DNA of 64,000 bases from Dendrobates tinctorius (Eukaryota). Shown piece by piece: positions 1-15,000 of this stretch. The DNA is taken from contig NW_027361788.1 in NCBI RefSeq assembly GCF_039654945.1, forward strand, positions 42,966,001-43,030,000, written 5' to 3'. Numbering within the stretch: the first letter of the stretch is position 1; every line of letters begins with the position of its first letter. The translations under genes and the position numbers were made by a program. Below the pieces are notes generated by a model. It made no database searches. It was not told the origin of the DNA and saw only the letters and a list, made by a program, of their open reading frames with translations.

Positions 1-3000
1 GTAATATCATCCTATAGTGTACCCAATTATACTACCATAGTGTACCATGTAATATCATCCTATAGTGTGCCCAATTATACTACCATAGTGTACCAAGTAA
101 TATCATCTTATAGTGTGCTCAATTATACTACCATAGTGTACCAAGTAATATCGTCCTATAGTATGCCCAATTATACTATCATAGTGTACCAAGTAATATC
201 ATCTTATAGTGTGTCAATTATACTACCATAGTATACCAAGTAATATCATCCTATAGTATGCCCAATTATACTACCATAGTGTACCAAGTAATATCATCTT
301 ATAGTGTGCCCAATTATACTACCATAGTGTACTAAGTAATATCGTCCTATAGTATGCCCAATTATACTACCATAGTGTACCAAGTAATATCGTCCTATAG
401 TATGCCCAATTACACTACCATAGTGTACCAAGTAATATCATCTTATAGTGTGCCCAATTATACTACCATAGTGTACCAAGTAATATCATCCTATAGTATG
501 CCCAATTATACTACCATAGTGTACCAAGTAATATCGTCCTATAGTATGCCCAATTATACTACCATAGTGTACCAAGTAATATCGTCCTATAGTATGCCCA
601 ATTATACTACCATAGTGTACCAAGTAATATCATCTTAGTGTGCTCAATTATACTACCATAGTATTCCAAGTAATATCATCCTATAGTATGCCCAATTATA
701 CTACCATAGTGTACCAAGTAATATCATCTTAGTGTGCTCAATTATACTACCATAGTATTCCAAGTAATATCATCCTATAGTATGCCCAATTATACTACCA
801 CAGTGCACAAAGTAATATCATCTTATAGTGTGCCCAATTATACCACCATAGTGTACCAAGTAATATCATCTTATAGTGTGCTCAATTATACTACCATAGT
901 GTACCAAGTAATATCGTCCTATAGTATGCCCAATTATACTACCATAGTGTACCAAGTAATATCATCCTATGGTATGCCCAATTATACTACCATAGTGTAC
1001 GAAGTAATATCATCATATAGTGTGTCAATTATACTACCATAGCATACCAAGTAATATCATCCTATGGTATGCCCAATTATACTACCATAGTGTACCAAGT
1101 AATATCATCCTATAGTGTGCTCAATTATACTACCATAGTGTACCAAGTAATATCGTCCTATAGTATGCCCAATTATACTACCATAGTGTACCAAGTAATA
1201 TCATCTTATAGTGTGCTCAATTATACTACCATAGTGTACCAAGTAATATCATCCTATAGTGTGCTCAATTATACTACCATAGTGTACCAAGTAATATCGT
1301 CCTATAGTATGCCCAATTATACTACCATAGTGTACCAAGTAATATCACCATATAGTGTGTCAATTATACTACCATAGTATACCAAGTAAAATCATCCTAT
1401 GGTATGCCCAATTATATTACCATAGTGTACCAAGTAATATCATCTTATAGTGTGCTCAATTATACTACCATAGTGTACCAAGTAATATCGTCCTATAGTA
1501 TGCCCAATTATACTACCATAGTGTACCAAGTAATATCATCTTATAGTGTGTCAATTATACTACCATAGTATACCAAGTAATATCATCCTATAGTATGCCC
1601 AATTATACTACCATAGTGTACCAAGTAATATCGTCCTATAGTATGCCCAATTAAACTACCATAGTGTACCAAGTAATATCGTCCTATAGTATGCCCAATT
1701 ATACTACCATAGTATACCAAGTAATATCATCTTATAGTGTGCCCAATTATACTACCATAGTGTACCAAGTAATATCATCCTATAGTGTGCCCAATTATAC
1801 TACCATAGTGTACCATGTAATATCATCCTATAGTGTGCCCAATTATACTACCATAGTGTACCAAGTAATATCATCCTATAGTATGCCCAATTATACTACC
1901 ATAGTGTACCAAGTAATATCGTCCTATAGTATGCCCAATTATACTACCATAGTGTACCAAGTAATATCATCTTATAGTGTGTCAATTATACTACCATAGT
2001 GTACCAAGTAATATCGTCCTATAGTATGCCCAATTATACTACCATAGTGTACCAAGTAATATCATCTTATAGTGTGCCCAATTATACTACCATAGTGTAC
2101 CAAGTAATATCGTCCTATAGTATGCCCAATTATACTACCATAGTGTACCAAGTGATATCATCTTATAGTGTGCTCAATTATACTACCATAGTATTCCAAG
2201 TAATATCATCCTATAGTATGCCCAATTATACTACCACAGTGCACAAAGTAATATCATCCTATAGTGTACTCAAGTATACTACCATAGTGTACCATGTAAT
2301 ATCATCCTATAGTGTGCCCAATTATACTACCATAGTGTACCAAGTAATATCATCTTATAGTGTGCTCAATTATACTACCATAGTGTACCAAGTAATATCA
2401 TCCTATAGTGTGCCCAATTATACTACCATAGTGTACCAAGTAATATCATCTTATAGTGTGTCAAATATACTACCATAGTGTACCAAGTAATATCGTCCTA
2501 TAGTATGCCCAATTATACTACCATAGTGTACCAAGTAATATCATCTTATAGTGTTCCCAATGATACTACCATAGTGTACCAAGTAATATCATCCTATAGT
2601 GTGCCCAATTATACTACCATAGTGTACCAAGTAATATCATCTTATAGTGTGCTCAATTATACTACCATAGTATTCCAAGTAATATCATCCTATAGTATGC
2701 CCAATTATACTACCACAGTGCACAAAGTAATATCATCCTATAGTGTACCCAATTATACTACCATAGTATACCAAGTAATATCATCCTATAGTGTGCCCAA
2801 TTATACTACCACAGTGCACAAAGTAATATCATCCTATAGTGTACCCAATTATACTACCATAGTGTACCATGTAATATCATCTTATAGTGTGCCCAATTAT
2901 ACTACCATAGTGTACCAAGAAATATCATCTTATAGTGTGTCCAATTATACTACCATAGTGTACCATTTAATATCGTCCTATAGTATGCCCAATTATACTA

Positions 3001-6000
3001 CCATAGTGTACCAAGTAATATCGTCCTAGAGTATGCCCAATTATACTACCATAGTATACCAAGAAATATCATCCTATAGTGTGCCCAATTATACTACCAC
3101 AGTGCACAAAGTAATATCATCCTATAGTGTACCCAATTATACTACCATAGTATACCAAGTAATATCATCCTATAGTATGCCCAATTATACTACCACAGTG
3201 CACAAAGTAATATCATCCTATAGTGTACCCAATTATACTACCATAGTGTACCATTTAATATCGTCCTATAGTATGCCCAATTATACTACCATAGTGTACC
3301 AAGTAATATCATCTTATAATGTGCCCAATTATACTACCATAGTGTACCAAGTAATATCATCTTATAGTGTGCCCAATTATACTACCATAGTGTACCATTT
3401 AATATCGTCCTATAGTATGCCCAATTATACTACCATAGTGTACCAAGTAATATCGTCCTAGAGTATGCCCAATTATACTACCATAGTATACCAAGAAATA
3501 TCATCCTATAGTGTGCCCAATTATACTACCACAGTGCACAAAGTAATATCATCCTATAGTGTACCCAATTATACTACCATAGTATACCAAGTAATATCAT
3601 CCTATAGTGTGCCCAATTATACTACCACAGTGCACAAAGTAATATCATCCTATAGTGTACCCAATTATACTACCATAGTGTACCATGTAATATCGTCCTA
3701 TAGTATGCCCAATTATACTACCATAGTGTACCATGTAATATCATCCTATAGTGTGTCCAATTATACTACCATAGTGTACCAAGTAATATCATCTTATAGT
3801 GTGCTCAATTATACTACCATAGTGTACCAAGTAATATCGTCCTATAGTATGCCCAATTATAATACCATAGTGTACCAAGTAATATCATCTTATAGTGTGT
3901 CAATTATACTACCATAGTGTACCAAGTAATATCGTCCTATAGTATGCCCAATTATACTACCATAGTGTACCAAGTAATATCATCTTATAGTGTGCCCAAT
4001 TATACTACCATAGTGTACCAAGTAATATCGTCCTATAGTATGCCCAATTATACTACCATAGTGTACCAAGTAATATCATCTTATAGTGTGCTCAATTATA
4101 CTACCATAGTATTCCAAGTAATATCATCCTATAGTATGCCCAATTATACTACCACAGTGCACAAAGTAATATCATCCTATAGTATGCACAATTATACTAC
4201 CATAGTGTACCAAGTAATATCATCTTATAGTGTGCTCAATTATACTACCATAATATTCCAAGTAATATCATCCTATAGTATGCCCAATTATACTACCACA
4301 GTGCACAAAGTAATATCATCCTATAGTGTACCCAATTATACTACCATAGTGTACCAAGTAATATCATCTTATAGTGTGCTCAATTATACTACCATAGTAT
4401 TCCAAGTAATATCATCCTATAGTATGTCCAATTATACTACCACAGTGCACAAAGTAATATCATCCTATAGTGTACCCAATTATACTACCATAGTGTACCA
4501 TGTAATATCGTCCTATAGTGTGCCCAATTATACTACCATAGTGTACCAAGTAATATCATCTTATAGTGTGTCAATTATACTACCATAGTGTACCAAGTAA
4601 TATCGTCCTATAGTATGCCCAATTATACTACCATAGTGTACCAAGTAATATCATCTTATAGTGTGCCCAATTATACTACCATAGTGTACCAAGTAATATC
4701 GTCCTATAGTATGCCCAATTATACTACCATAGTGTACCAAGTAATATCATCTTATAGTGTGCTCAATTATACTACCATAGTATTCCAAGTAATATCATCC
4801 TATAGTATGCCCAATTATACTACCACAGTGCACAAAGTAATATCATCCTATAGTGTACCCAATTATACTACCATAGTGTACCATGTAATATCGTCCTATA
4901 GTGTGCCCAATTATACTACCATAGTGTACCAAGTAATATCATCTTATAGTGTGTCAATTATACTACCACAGTGTACCAAGTAATATCCTCCTATAGTATG
5001 CCCAATTATACTACCATAGTGTACCAAGTAATATCATCTTATATTGTGCCCAATTATACTACCATAGTGTACCAAGTAATATCGTCCTATAGTATGCCCA
5101 ATTATACTACCATAGTGTACCAAGTAATATCATCTTATAGTGTGCTCAATTATACTACCAAAGTATTCCAAGTAATATCATCCTATAGTATGCCCAATTA
5201 TACTACCACAGTGCACAAAGTAATATCATCCTATAGTGTACTCAATTATACTACCATAGTGTACCATGTAATATCATCCTATAGTGTGCCCAATTATACT
5301 ACCATAGTGTACCAAGTAATATCATCTTATAGTGTGCTCAATTATACTACCATAGTGTACCAAGTAATATCATCCTATAGTGTGCCCAATTATACTACCA
5401 TAGTGTACCAAGTAATATCATCTTATAGTGTGTCAAATATACTACCATAGTGTACCAAGTAATATCGTCCTATAGTATGCCCAATTATACTACCATAGTG
5501 TACCAAGTAATATCATCTTATAGTGTGCCCAATTATACTACCATAGTGTACCAAGTAATATCGTCCTATAGTATGCCCAATTATACTACCATAGTGTACC
5601 AAGTAATATCATCTTATAGTGTGCTCAATTATACTACCATAGTATTCCAAGTAATATCATCCTATAGTATGCCCAATTATACTACCACAGTGCACAAAGT
5701 AATATCATCCTATAGTGTACTCAATTATACTACCATAGTGTACCATGTAATATCATCCTATAGTGTGCCCAATTATACTACCATATTGTACCAAGTAATA
5801 TCGTCCTATAGTATGCCCAATTATACTACCATAGTGTACCAAGTAATATCATCTTATAGTGTGCCCAATTATACTACCATAGTGTAGCAAGTAATATCAT
5901 CCTATAGTGTGCCCAACTATACTACCACAGTGCACAAAGTAATATCATCCTATAGTGTACCCAATTATACTACCATAGTATACCAAGTAACATCATCCTA

Positions 6001-9000
6001 TAGTGTGCCCAATTATACTACCACAGTGCACAAATTAATATCATCCTATAGTGTGCTCAATTATACTACCATAGTGTACCATTTAATATCGTCCTATAGT
6101 ATGCCCAATTATACTACCATAGTGTACCAAGTAATATCGTCCTAGAGTATGCCCAATTATACTACCATAGTATACCAAGAAATATCATCCTATAGTGTGC
6201 CCAATTATACTACCACAGTGCACAAAGTAATATCATCCTATAGTGTACCCAATTATACTACCATAGTGTACCAAGTAATATCGTCCTAGAGTATGCCCAA
6301 TTATACTACCATAGTATACCAAGTAATATCATCCTATAGTGTGCCCAATTATACTACCACAGTGCACAAAGTAATATCATCCTATAGTGTACCCAATTAT
6401 ACTACCATGGTGTACCATGTAATATCGTCCTATAGTATGCCCAATTATACTACCATAGTGTACCAAGTAATATCATCCTATAGTGTGCTCAATTATACTA
6501 CCATAGTGTACCAAGTAATATCGTCCTATAGTATGCCCAATTATACTACCATAGTGTACCAAGTAATATCATCTTATAGTGTGTCAATTATACTACCATA
6601 GTATACCAAGTAATATCATCCTATAGTATGCCCAATTATACTACCATAGTGTACCAAGTAATATCGTCCTATAGTATGCCCAATTATACTACCATAGTGT
6701 ACCAAGTAATATCGTCCTATAGTATGCCCAATTATACTACCATAGTGTACCAAGTAATATCATCTTATAGTGTGCCCAATTATACTACCATAGTGTACCA
6801 AGTAATATCATCCTATAGTGTGCCCAATTATACTACCATAGTGTACCATGTAATATCATCCTATAGTGTGCCCAATTATACTACTATAGTGTACCAAGTA
6901 ATATCATCCTATAGTATGCCCAATTATACTACCATAGTGTACCAAGTAATATCGTTCTATAGTATGCCCAATTATACTACCATAGTGTACCAAGTAATAT
7001 CATCTTATAGTGTGTCAATTATACTACCATAGTGTACCAAGTAATATCGTCCTATAGTATGCCCAATTATACTACCATAGTGTACCAAGTAATATCATCT
7101 TATAGTGTGCCCAATTATACTACCATAGTGTACCAAGTAATATCGTCCTATAGTATGCCCAATTATACTACCATAGTGTACCAAGTGATATCATCTTATA
7201 GTGTGCTCAATTATACTACCATAGTGTACCAAGTAATATCATCCTATAGTATGCCCAATTATACTACCACAGTGCACAAAGTAATATCATCCTATAGTGT
7301 ACTCAATTATACTACCATAGTGTACCATGTAATATCATCCTATAGTGTGCCCAATTATACTACCATAGTGTACCAAGTAATATCATCTTATAGTGTGCTC
7401 AATTATACTATCATAGTGTACCAAGTAATATCATCCTATAGTGTGCCCAATTATACTACCATAGTGTACCAAGTAATATCATCTTATAGTGTGTCAAATA
7501 TACTACCATAGTGTACCAAGTAATATCGTCCTATAGTATGCCCAATTATACTACCATAGTGTACCAAGTAATATCATCTTATAGTGTTCCCAATGATACT
7601 ACCATAGTGTACCAAGTAATATCGTCCTATAGTATGTCCAATTATACTACCATAGTGTACCAAGTAATATCATCTTATAGTGTGCTCAATTATACTACCA
7701 TAGTATTCCAAGTAATATCATCCTATAGTATGCCCAATTATACTACCACAGTGCACAAAGTAATATCATCCTATAGTGTACCCAATTATACTACCATAGT
7801 GTACCATTTAATATCGTCCTATAGTATGCCCAATTATACTACCATAGTGTACCAAGTAATATCATCTTATAGTGTGCCCAATTATACTACCATAGTGTAC
7901 CAAGAAATATCATCTTATAGTGTGCCCAATTATACTACCTTAGTGTACCATTTAATATCGTCCTATAGTATGCCCAATTATACTACCATAGTGTACCAAG
8001 TAATATCGTCCTAGAGTATGCCCAATTATACTACCATAGTATACCAAGAAATATCATCCTATAGTGTGCCCAATTATACTACCACAGTGCACAAAGTAAT
8101 ATCATCCTATAGTGTACCCAATTATACTACCATAGTATACCAAGTAATATCATCCTATAGTGTGCCCAATTATACTACCACAGTGCACAAAGTAATATCA
8201 TCCTATAGTGTACCCAATTATACTACCATAGTGTACCATTTAATATCGTCCTATAGTATGCCCAATTATAATACCATAGTGTACCAAGTAATATCATCTT
8301 ATAATGTGCCCAATTACACTACCATAGTGTACCAAGTAATATCTTATAGTGTGCCCAATTATACTACCATACTGTACCATTTAATATCGTCCTATAGTAT
8401 GCCCAATTATACTACCATAGTGTACCAAGTAATATCGTCCTAGAGTATGCCCAATTATACTACCATAGTATACCAAGAAATATCATCCTATAGTGTGCCC
8501 AATTATACTACCACAGTGCACAAAGTAATATCATCCTATAGTGTACCCAATTATACTACCATAGTATACCAAGTAATATCATCCTATAGTGTGCCCAATT
8601 ATACTACCACAGTGCACAAAGTAATATCATCCTATAGTGTACCCAATTATACTACCATAGTGTACCATGTAATATCGTCCTATAGTATGCCCAATTATAC
8701 TACCATAGTATACCAAGTAATATCATCCTATAGTGTGCCCAATTATACTACCACAGTGCACAAAATAATATCATCCTATAGTGTACCCAATTATACTACC
8801 ATAGTATACCAAGTAATATCATCCTATAGTGTGCCCAATTATACTACCACAGTGCACAAAGTAATATCATCCTATAGTGTACCCAATTATACTACCATAG
8901 TGTACCATGTAATATCGTCCTATAGTATGCCCAATTATACTACCATAGTGTACCATGTAATATCATCCTATAGTGTGTCCAATTATACTACCATAGTGTA

Positions 9001-12000
9001 CCAAGTAATATCATCTTATAGTGTGCTCAATTATACTACCATAGTGTACCAAGTAATATCATCCTATAGTATGCCCAATTATAATACCATAGTGTACCAA
9101 GTAATATCATTTTATAGTGTGCTCAATTATACTACCATAGTATTCCAAGTAATATCATCCTATAGTATGCCCAATTATACTACCACAGTGCACAAAGTAA
9201 TATCATCCTATAGTATGCCCAATTATACTACCAAAGTGTACCAAGTAATATCATCTTATAGTGTGCTCAATTATACTACCATAGTATTCCAAGTAATATC
9301 ATCCTATAGTATGTCCAATTATACTACCACAGTGCACAAAGTAATATCATCCTATAGTGTACCCAATTATACTACCATAGTGTACCATGTAATATCGTCC
9401 TATAGTGTGCCCAATTATACTACCATAGTGTACCAAGTAATATCATCTTATAGTGTGTCAATTATACTACCATAGTGTACCAAGTAATATCGTCCTATAG
9501 TATGCCCAATTATACTACCATAGTGTACCAAGTAATATCATCTTATAGTGTGCCCAATTATACTACCATAGTGTACCAAGTAATATCGTCCTATAGTATG
9601 CCCAATTATACTACCATAGTGTACCAAGTAATATCATCTTATAGTGTGCTCAATTATACTACCATAGTATTCCAAGTAATATCATCCTATAGTATGCCCA
9701 ATTATACTACCACAGTGCACAAAGTAATATCATCCTATAGTGTACTCAATTATACTACCATAGTGTACCATGTAATATCATCCTATAGTGTGCCCAATTA
9801 TACTACCATAGTGTACCAAGTAATATCATCTTATAGTGTGCTCAATTATACTACCATAGTGTACCAAGTAATATCATCCTATAGTGTGCCCAATTATACT
9901 ACCATAGTGTACCATGTAATATCGTCCTATAGTGTGCCCAATTATACTACCATAGTGTACCAAGTAATATCATCTTATAGTGTGTCAAATATACTACCAT
10001 AGTGTACCAAGTAATATCGTCCTATAGTATGCCCAATTATACTACCATAGTGTACCAAGTAATATCATCTTATAGTGTGCCCAATTATACTACCATAGTG
10101 TACCAAGTAATATCGTCCTATAGTATGCCCAATTATACTACCATAGTGTACCAAGTAATATCATCTTATAGTGTGCTCAATTATACTACCATAGTATTCC
10201 AAGTAATATCATCCTATAGTATGCCCAATTATACTACCACAGTGCACAAAGTAATATCATCCTATAGTGTACTCAATTATACTACCATAGTGTACCATGT
10301 AATATCATCCTATAGTGTGCCCAATTATACTACCATATTGTACCAAGTAATATCGTCCTATAGTATGCCCAATTATACTACCATAGTGTACCAAGTAATA
10401 TCATCTTATAGTGTGCCCAATTATACTACCATAGTATAGCAAGTAATATCATCCTATAGTGTGCCCAACTATACTACCACAGTGCACAAAGTAATATCAT
10501 CCTATAGTGTACCCAATTATACTACCATAGTGTACCATTTAATATCGTCCTATAGTATGCCCAATTATACTACCATAGTGTACCAAGTAATATCATCTTA
10601 TAGTGTGCCCAATTATACTACCATAGTGTACCAAGAAATATCATCTTATAGTGTGCCCAATTATACTACCATAGTGTACCATTTAATATCGTCCTATAGT
10701 ATGCCCAATTATACTACCATAGTGTACCAAGTAATATCGTCCTAGAGTATGTCCAATTATACTACCATAGTATACCAAGAAATATCATCCTATAGTGTGC
10801 CCAATTATACTACCACAGTGCACAAAGTAATATCATCCTATAGTGTACCCAATTATACTACCATAGTATACCAAGTAACATCATCCTATAGTGTGTCCAA
10901 TTATACTACCACAGTGCACAAAGTAATATCATCCTATAGTGTACCCAATTATACTACCATAGTGTACCATGTAATATCTTCCTATAGTATGCCCAATTAT
11001 ACTACCATAGTGTACCATGTAATATCATCCTATAGTGTGCCCAATTATACTACCATAGTGTACCAAGTAATATCGTCCTATAGTATGCCCAATTATACTA
11101 CCATAGTGTACCACGTAATATCATCTTATAGTGTGCTCAATTATACTACCATAGTATTCCAAGTAATATCATCCTATAGTATGCCCAATTATACTACCAC
11201 AGTGCACAAAGTAATATCATCCTATAGTGTACTCAATTATACTACCATAGTGTACCATGTAATTTCATCCTATAGTGTGCCCAATTATACTACCATATTG
11301 TACCAAGTAATATCGTCCTATAGTATGCCCAATTATACTACCATAGTGTACCAAGTAATATCATCTTATAGTGTGCCCAATTATACTACCATAGTATAGC
11401 AAGTAATATCATCCTATAGTGTGCCCAACTATACTACCACAGTGCACAAAGTAATATCATCCTATAGTGTACCCAATTATACTACCATAGTGTACCATTT
11501 AATATCGTCCTATAGTATGCCCAATTATACTACCATAGTGTACCAAGTAATATCATCTTATAGTGTGCCCAATTATACTACCATAGTGTACCAAGAAATA
11601 TCATCTTACAGTGTGCCCAATTATACTATCATAGTGTACCATTTAATATCGTCCTATAGTATGCCCAATTATACTACCATAGTGTACCAAGTAATATCGT
11701 CCTAGAGTATGTCCACTTATACTACCATAGTATACCAAGAAATATCATCCTATAGTGTGCCCAATTATACTACCACAGTGCACAAAGTAATATCATCCTA
11801 TAGTGTACCCAATTATACTACCATAGTATACCAAGTAACATCATCCTATAGTGTGTCCAATTATACTACCACAGTGCACAAAGTAATATCATCCTATAGT
11901 GTACCCAATTATACTACCATAGTGTACCATTTAATATCGTCCTATAGTATGCCCAATTATACTACCATAGTGTACCAAGTAATATCATCTTATAGTGTGC

Positions 12001-15000
12001 TCAATTATACTACCATAGTGTACCAAGAAATATCATCTTATAGTGTGCCCAATTATACTACCATAGTGTACCATTTAATATCGTCCTATAGTATGCCCAA
12101 TTATACTACCATAGTGTACCAAGTAATATCGTCCTAGAGTATGCCCAATTATACTACCATAGTATACCAAGAAATATCATCCTATAGTGTGCCCAATTAT
12201 ACTACCACAGTGCACAAAGTAATATCATCCTATAGTGTACCCAATTATACTACCATAGTATACCAAGTAATATCATCCTATAGTGTGCCCAATTATACTA
12301 CCACAGTGCACAAAATAATATCATCCTATAGTGTACCCAATTATACTACCATAGTGTACCATGTAATATCGTCCTATAGTATGCCCAATTATACTACCAT
12401 AGTGTACCATGTAATATCATCCTATAGTGTGTCCAATTATACTACCATAGTGTACCAAGTAATATCATCTTATAGTGTGCTCAATTATACTACCATAGTG
12501 TACCATGTAATATCTTCCTATAGTATGCCCAATTATACTACCATAGTGTACCAAGTAATATCATCTTATAGTGTGCTCAATTATACTACCATAGTATTCC
12601 AAGTAATATCATCCTATAGTATGCCCAATTATACTACCACAGTGCACAAAGTAATATCATCCTATAGTGTGCCCAATTATACTACCATAGTGTACCAAGT
12701 AATATCATCTTATAGTGTGCTCAATTATACTACCATAGTGTACAAGTAATATCATCCTATAGTGTGCTCAATTATACTACCATAGTATTCCAAGTAATTT
12801 CATCCTATAGTATGCCCAATTATACTACCACAGTGCACAAAGTAATATCATCCTATAGTGTACCCAATTATACTACCATAGTGTACCATGTAATATCGTC
12901 CTATAGTGTGCCCAATTATACTACCATAGTGTACCAAGTAATATCATCTTATAGTGTGCTCAATTATACTACCATAGTGTACCAAGTAATATCGTCCTAT
13001 AGTATGCCCAATTATACTACCATAGTGTACCAAGTAATATCATCTTATAGTGTGTCAATTATACTACCATAGTATTCCAAGTAATATCATCCTATAGTAT
13101 GCCCAATTATACTACCATAGTGTACCAAGTAATATCATCTTATAGTGTGCCCAATTATACTACCATAGTGTACCAAGTAATATCGTCCTATAGTATGCCC
13201 AATTATACTACCATAGTGTACCAAGTAATATCGTCCTATAGTATGCCCAATTACACTACCATAGTGTACCAAATAATATCATCTTATAGTGTGTCAATTA
13301 TACTACCATAGTATTCCAAGTAATATCATCCTATAGTATGCCCAATTATACTACCATAGTGTACCAAGTAATATCATCTTATAGTGTGCCCAATTATACT
13401 ACCATAGTGTACCAAGTAATATCGTCCTATAGTATGCCCAATTATACTACCATAGTGTACCAAGTAATATCATCTTATAGTGTGCTCAATTATACTACCA
13501 TAGTATTCCAAGTAATATCATCCTATAGTATGCCCAATTATACTACCACAGTGCACAAAGTAATATCATCCTATAGTGTACCCAATTATACTACCATAGT
13601 GTACAATGTAATATCATCCTATAGTGGCCCAATTATACTACCATAGTGTACCAAGTAATATCATCTTATAGTGTGCTCAATTATACTACCATAGTATTCC
13701 AAGTAATATCATCCTATAGTATGCCCAATTATACTACCATAGTGTACCAAGTAATATCATCCTATAGTGTGCTCAATTATACTACCATAGTGTACCATGT
13801 AATATCATCTTATAGTGTGCTCAATTATACTACCATAGTGTACCAAGTAATATCATCTTATAGTGTGCTCAATTATACTACCATAGTGTACCATGTAATA
13901 TCATCCTATAGAGTGCCCAATTATACTACCATAGTGTACCAAGTAATATCATCCTATAGTGTGCCCAAATATACTACCATAGTGTACCAAGTAATATCAT
14001 CCTATAGTATGCCCAATTATACTACCATAGTGTACCAAGTAATATCATCTTATAGTGTGCCCAATTATACTACCATAGTGTACCAAGTAATATCGTCCTA
14101 TAGTATGCCCAATTATACTACCATAGTGTACCAAGTAATATCGTCCTATAGTATGCCCAATTATACTACCATAGTGTACCAAGTAATATCATCTTATAGT
14201 GTGCTCAATTATACTACCATAGCGTACCAAGTAATATCGTCCTATAGTATGCCCAATTATACTACCATAGTGTACCAAGTAATATCATCTTATAGTGTGC
14301 CCAATTATACTACCATAGTGTACCAAGTAATATCGTACTATAGTATGCCCAATTATACTACCATAGTGTACCAAGTAATATCATCTTATAGTGTGCTCAA
14401 TTATACTACCATAGTATTCCAAGTAATATCATCCTATAGTATGCCCAATTATACTACCACAGTGCACAAAGTAATATCATCCTATAGTGTACCCAATTAT
14501 ACTACCATAGTGTACCAAGTAATATCATCCTATAGTGTGCCCAATTATACTACCATAGTGTACCAAGTAATATCATCTTATAGTGTGCTCAATTATACTA
14601 CCATAGTGTACCAAGTAATATCGTCCTATAGTATGTCCAATTATACTACCATAGTGTACCAAGTAATATCATCATATAGTGTGTCAATTATACTACCATA
14701 GTATACCAAGTAATATCATCCTATGGTATGCCCAATTATACTACCATAGTGTACCAAGTAATATCATCCTATAGTATGCCCAATTATACTACCATAGTGT
14801 ACCAAGTAATATCGTCCTATAGTATGCCCAATTATACTACCATAGTGTACCAAGTAATATCATCTTATAGTGTGCTCAATTATACTACCATAGTATTCCA
14901 AGTAATATCATCCTATAGTATGCCCAATTATACTACCACAGTGCACAAAGTAATATCATCCTATAGTGTACCCAATTATACTACCATAGTGTACCATGTA

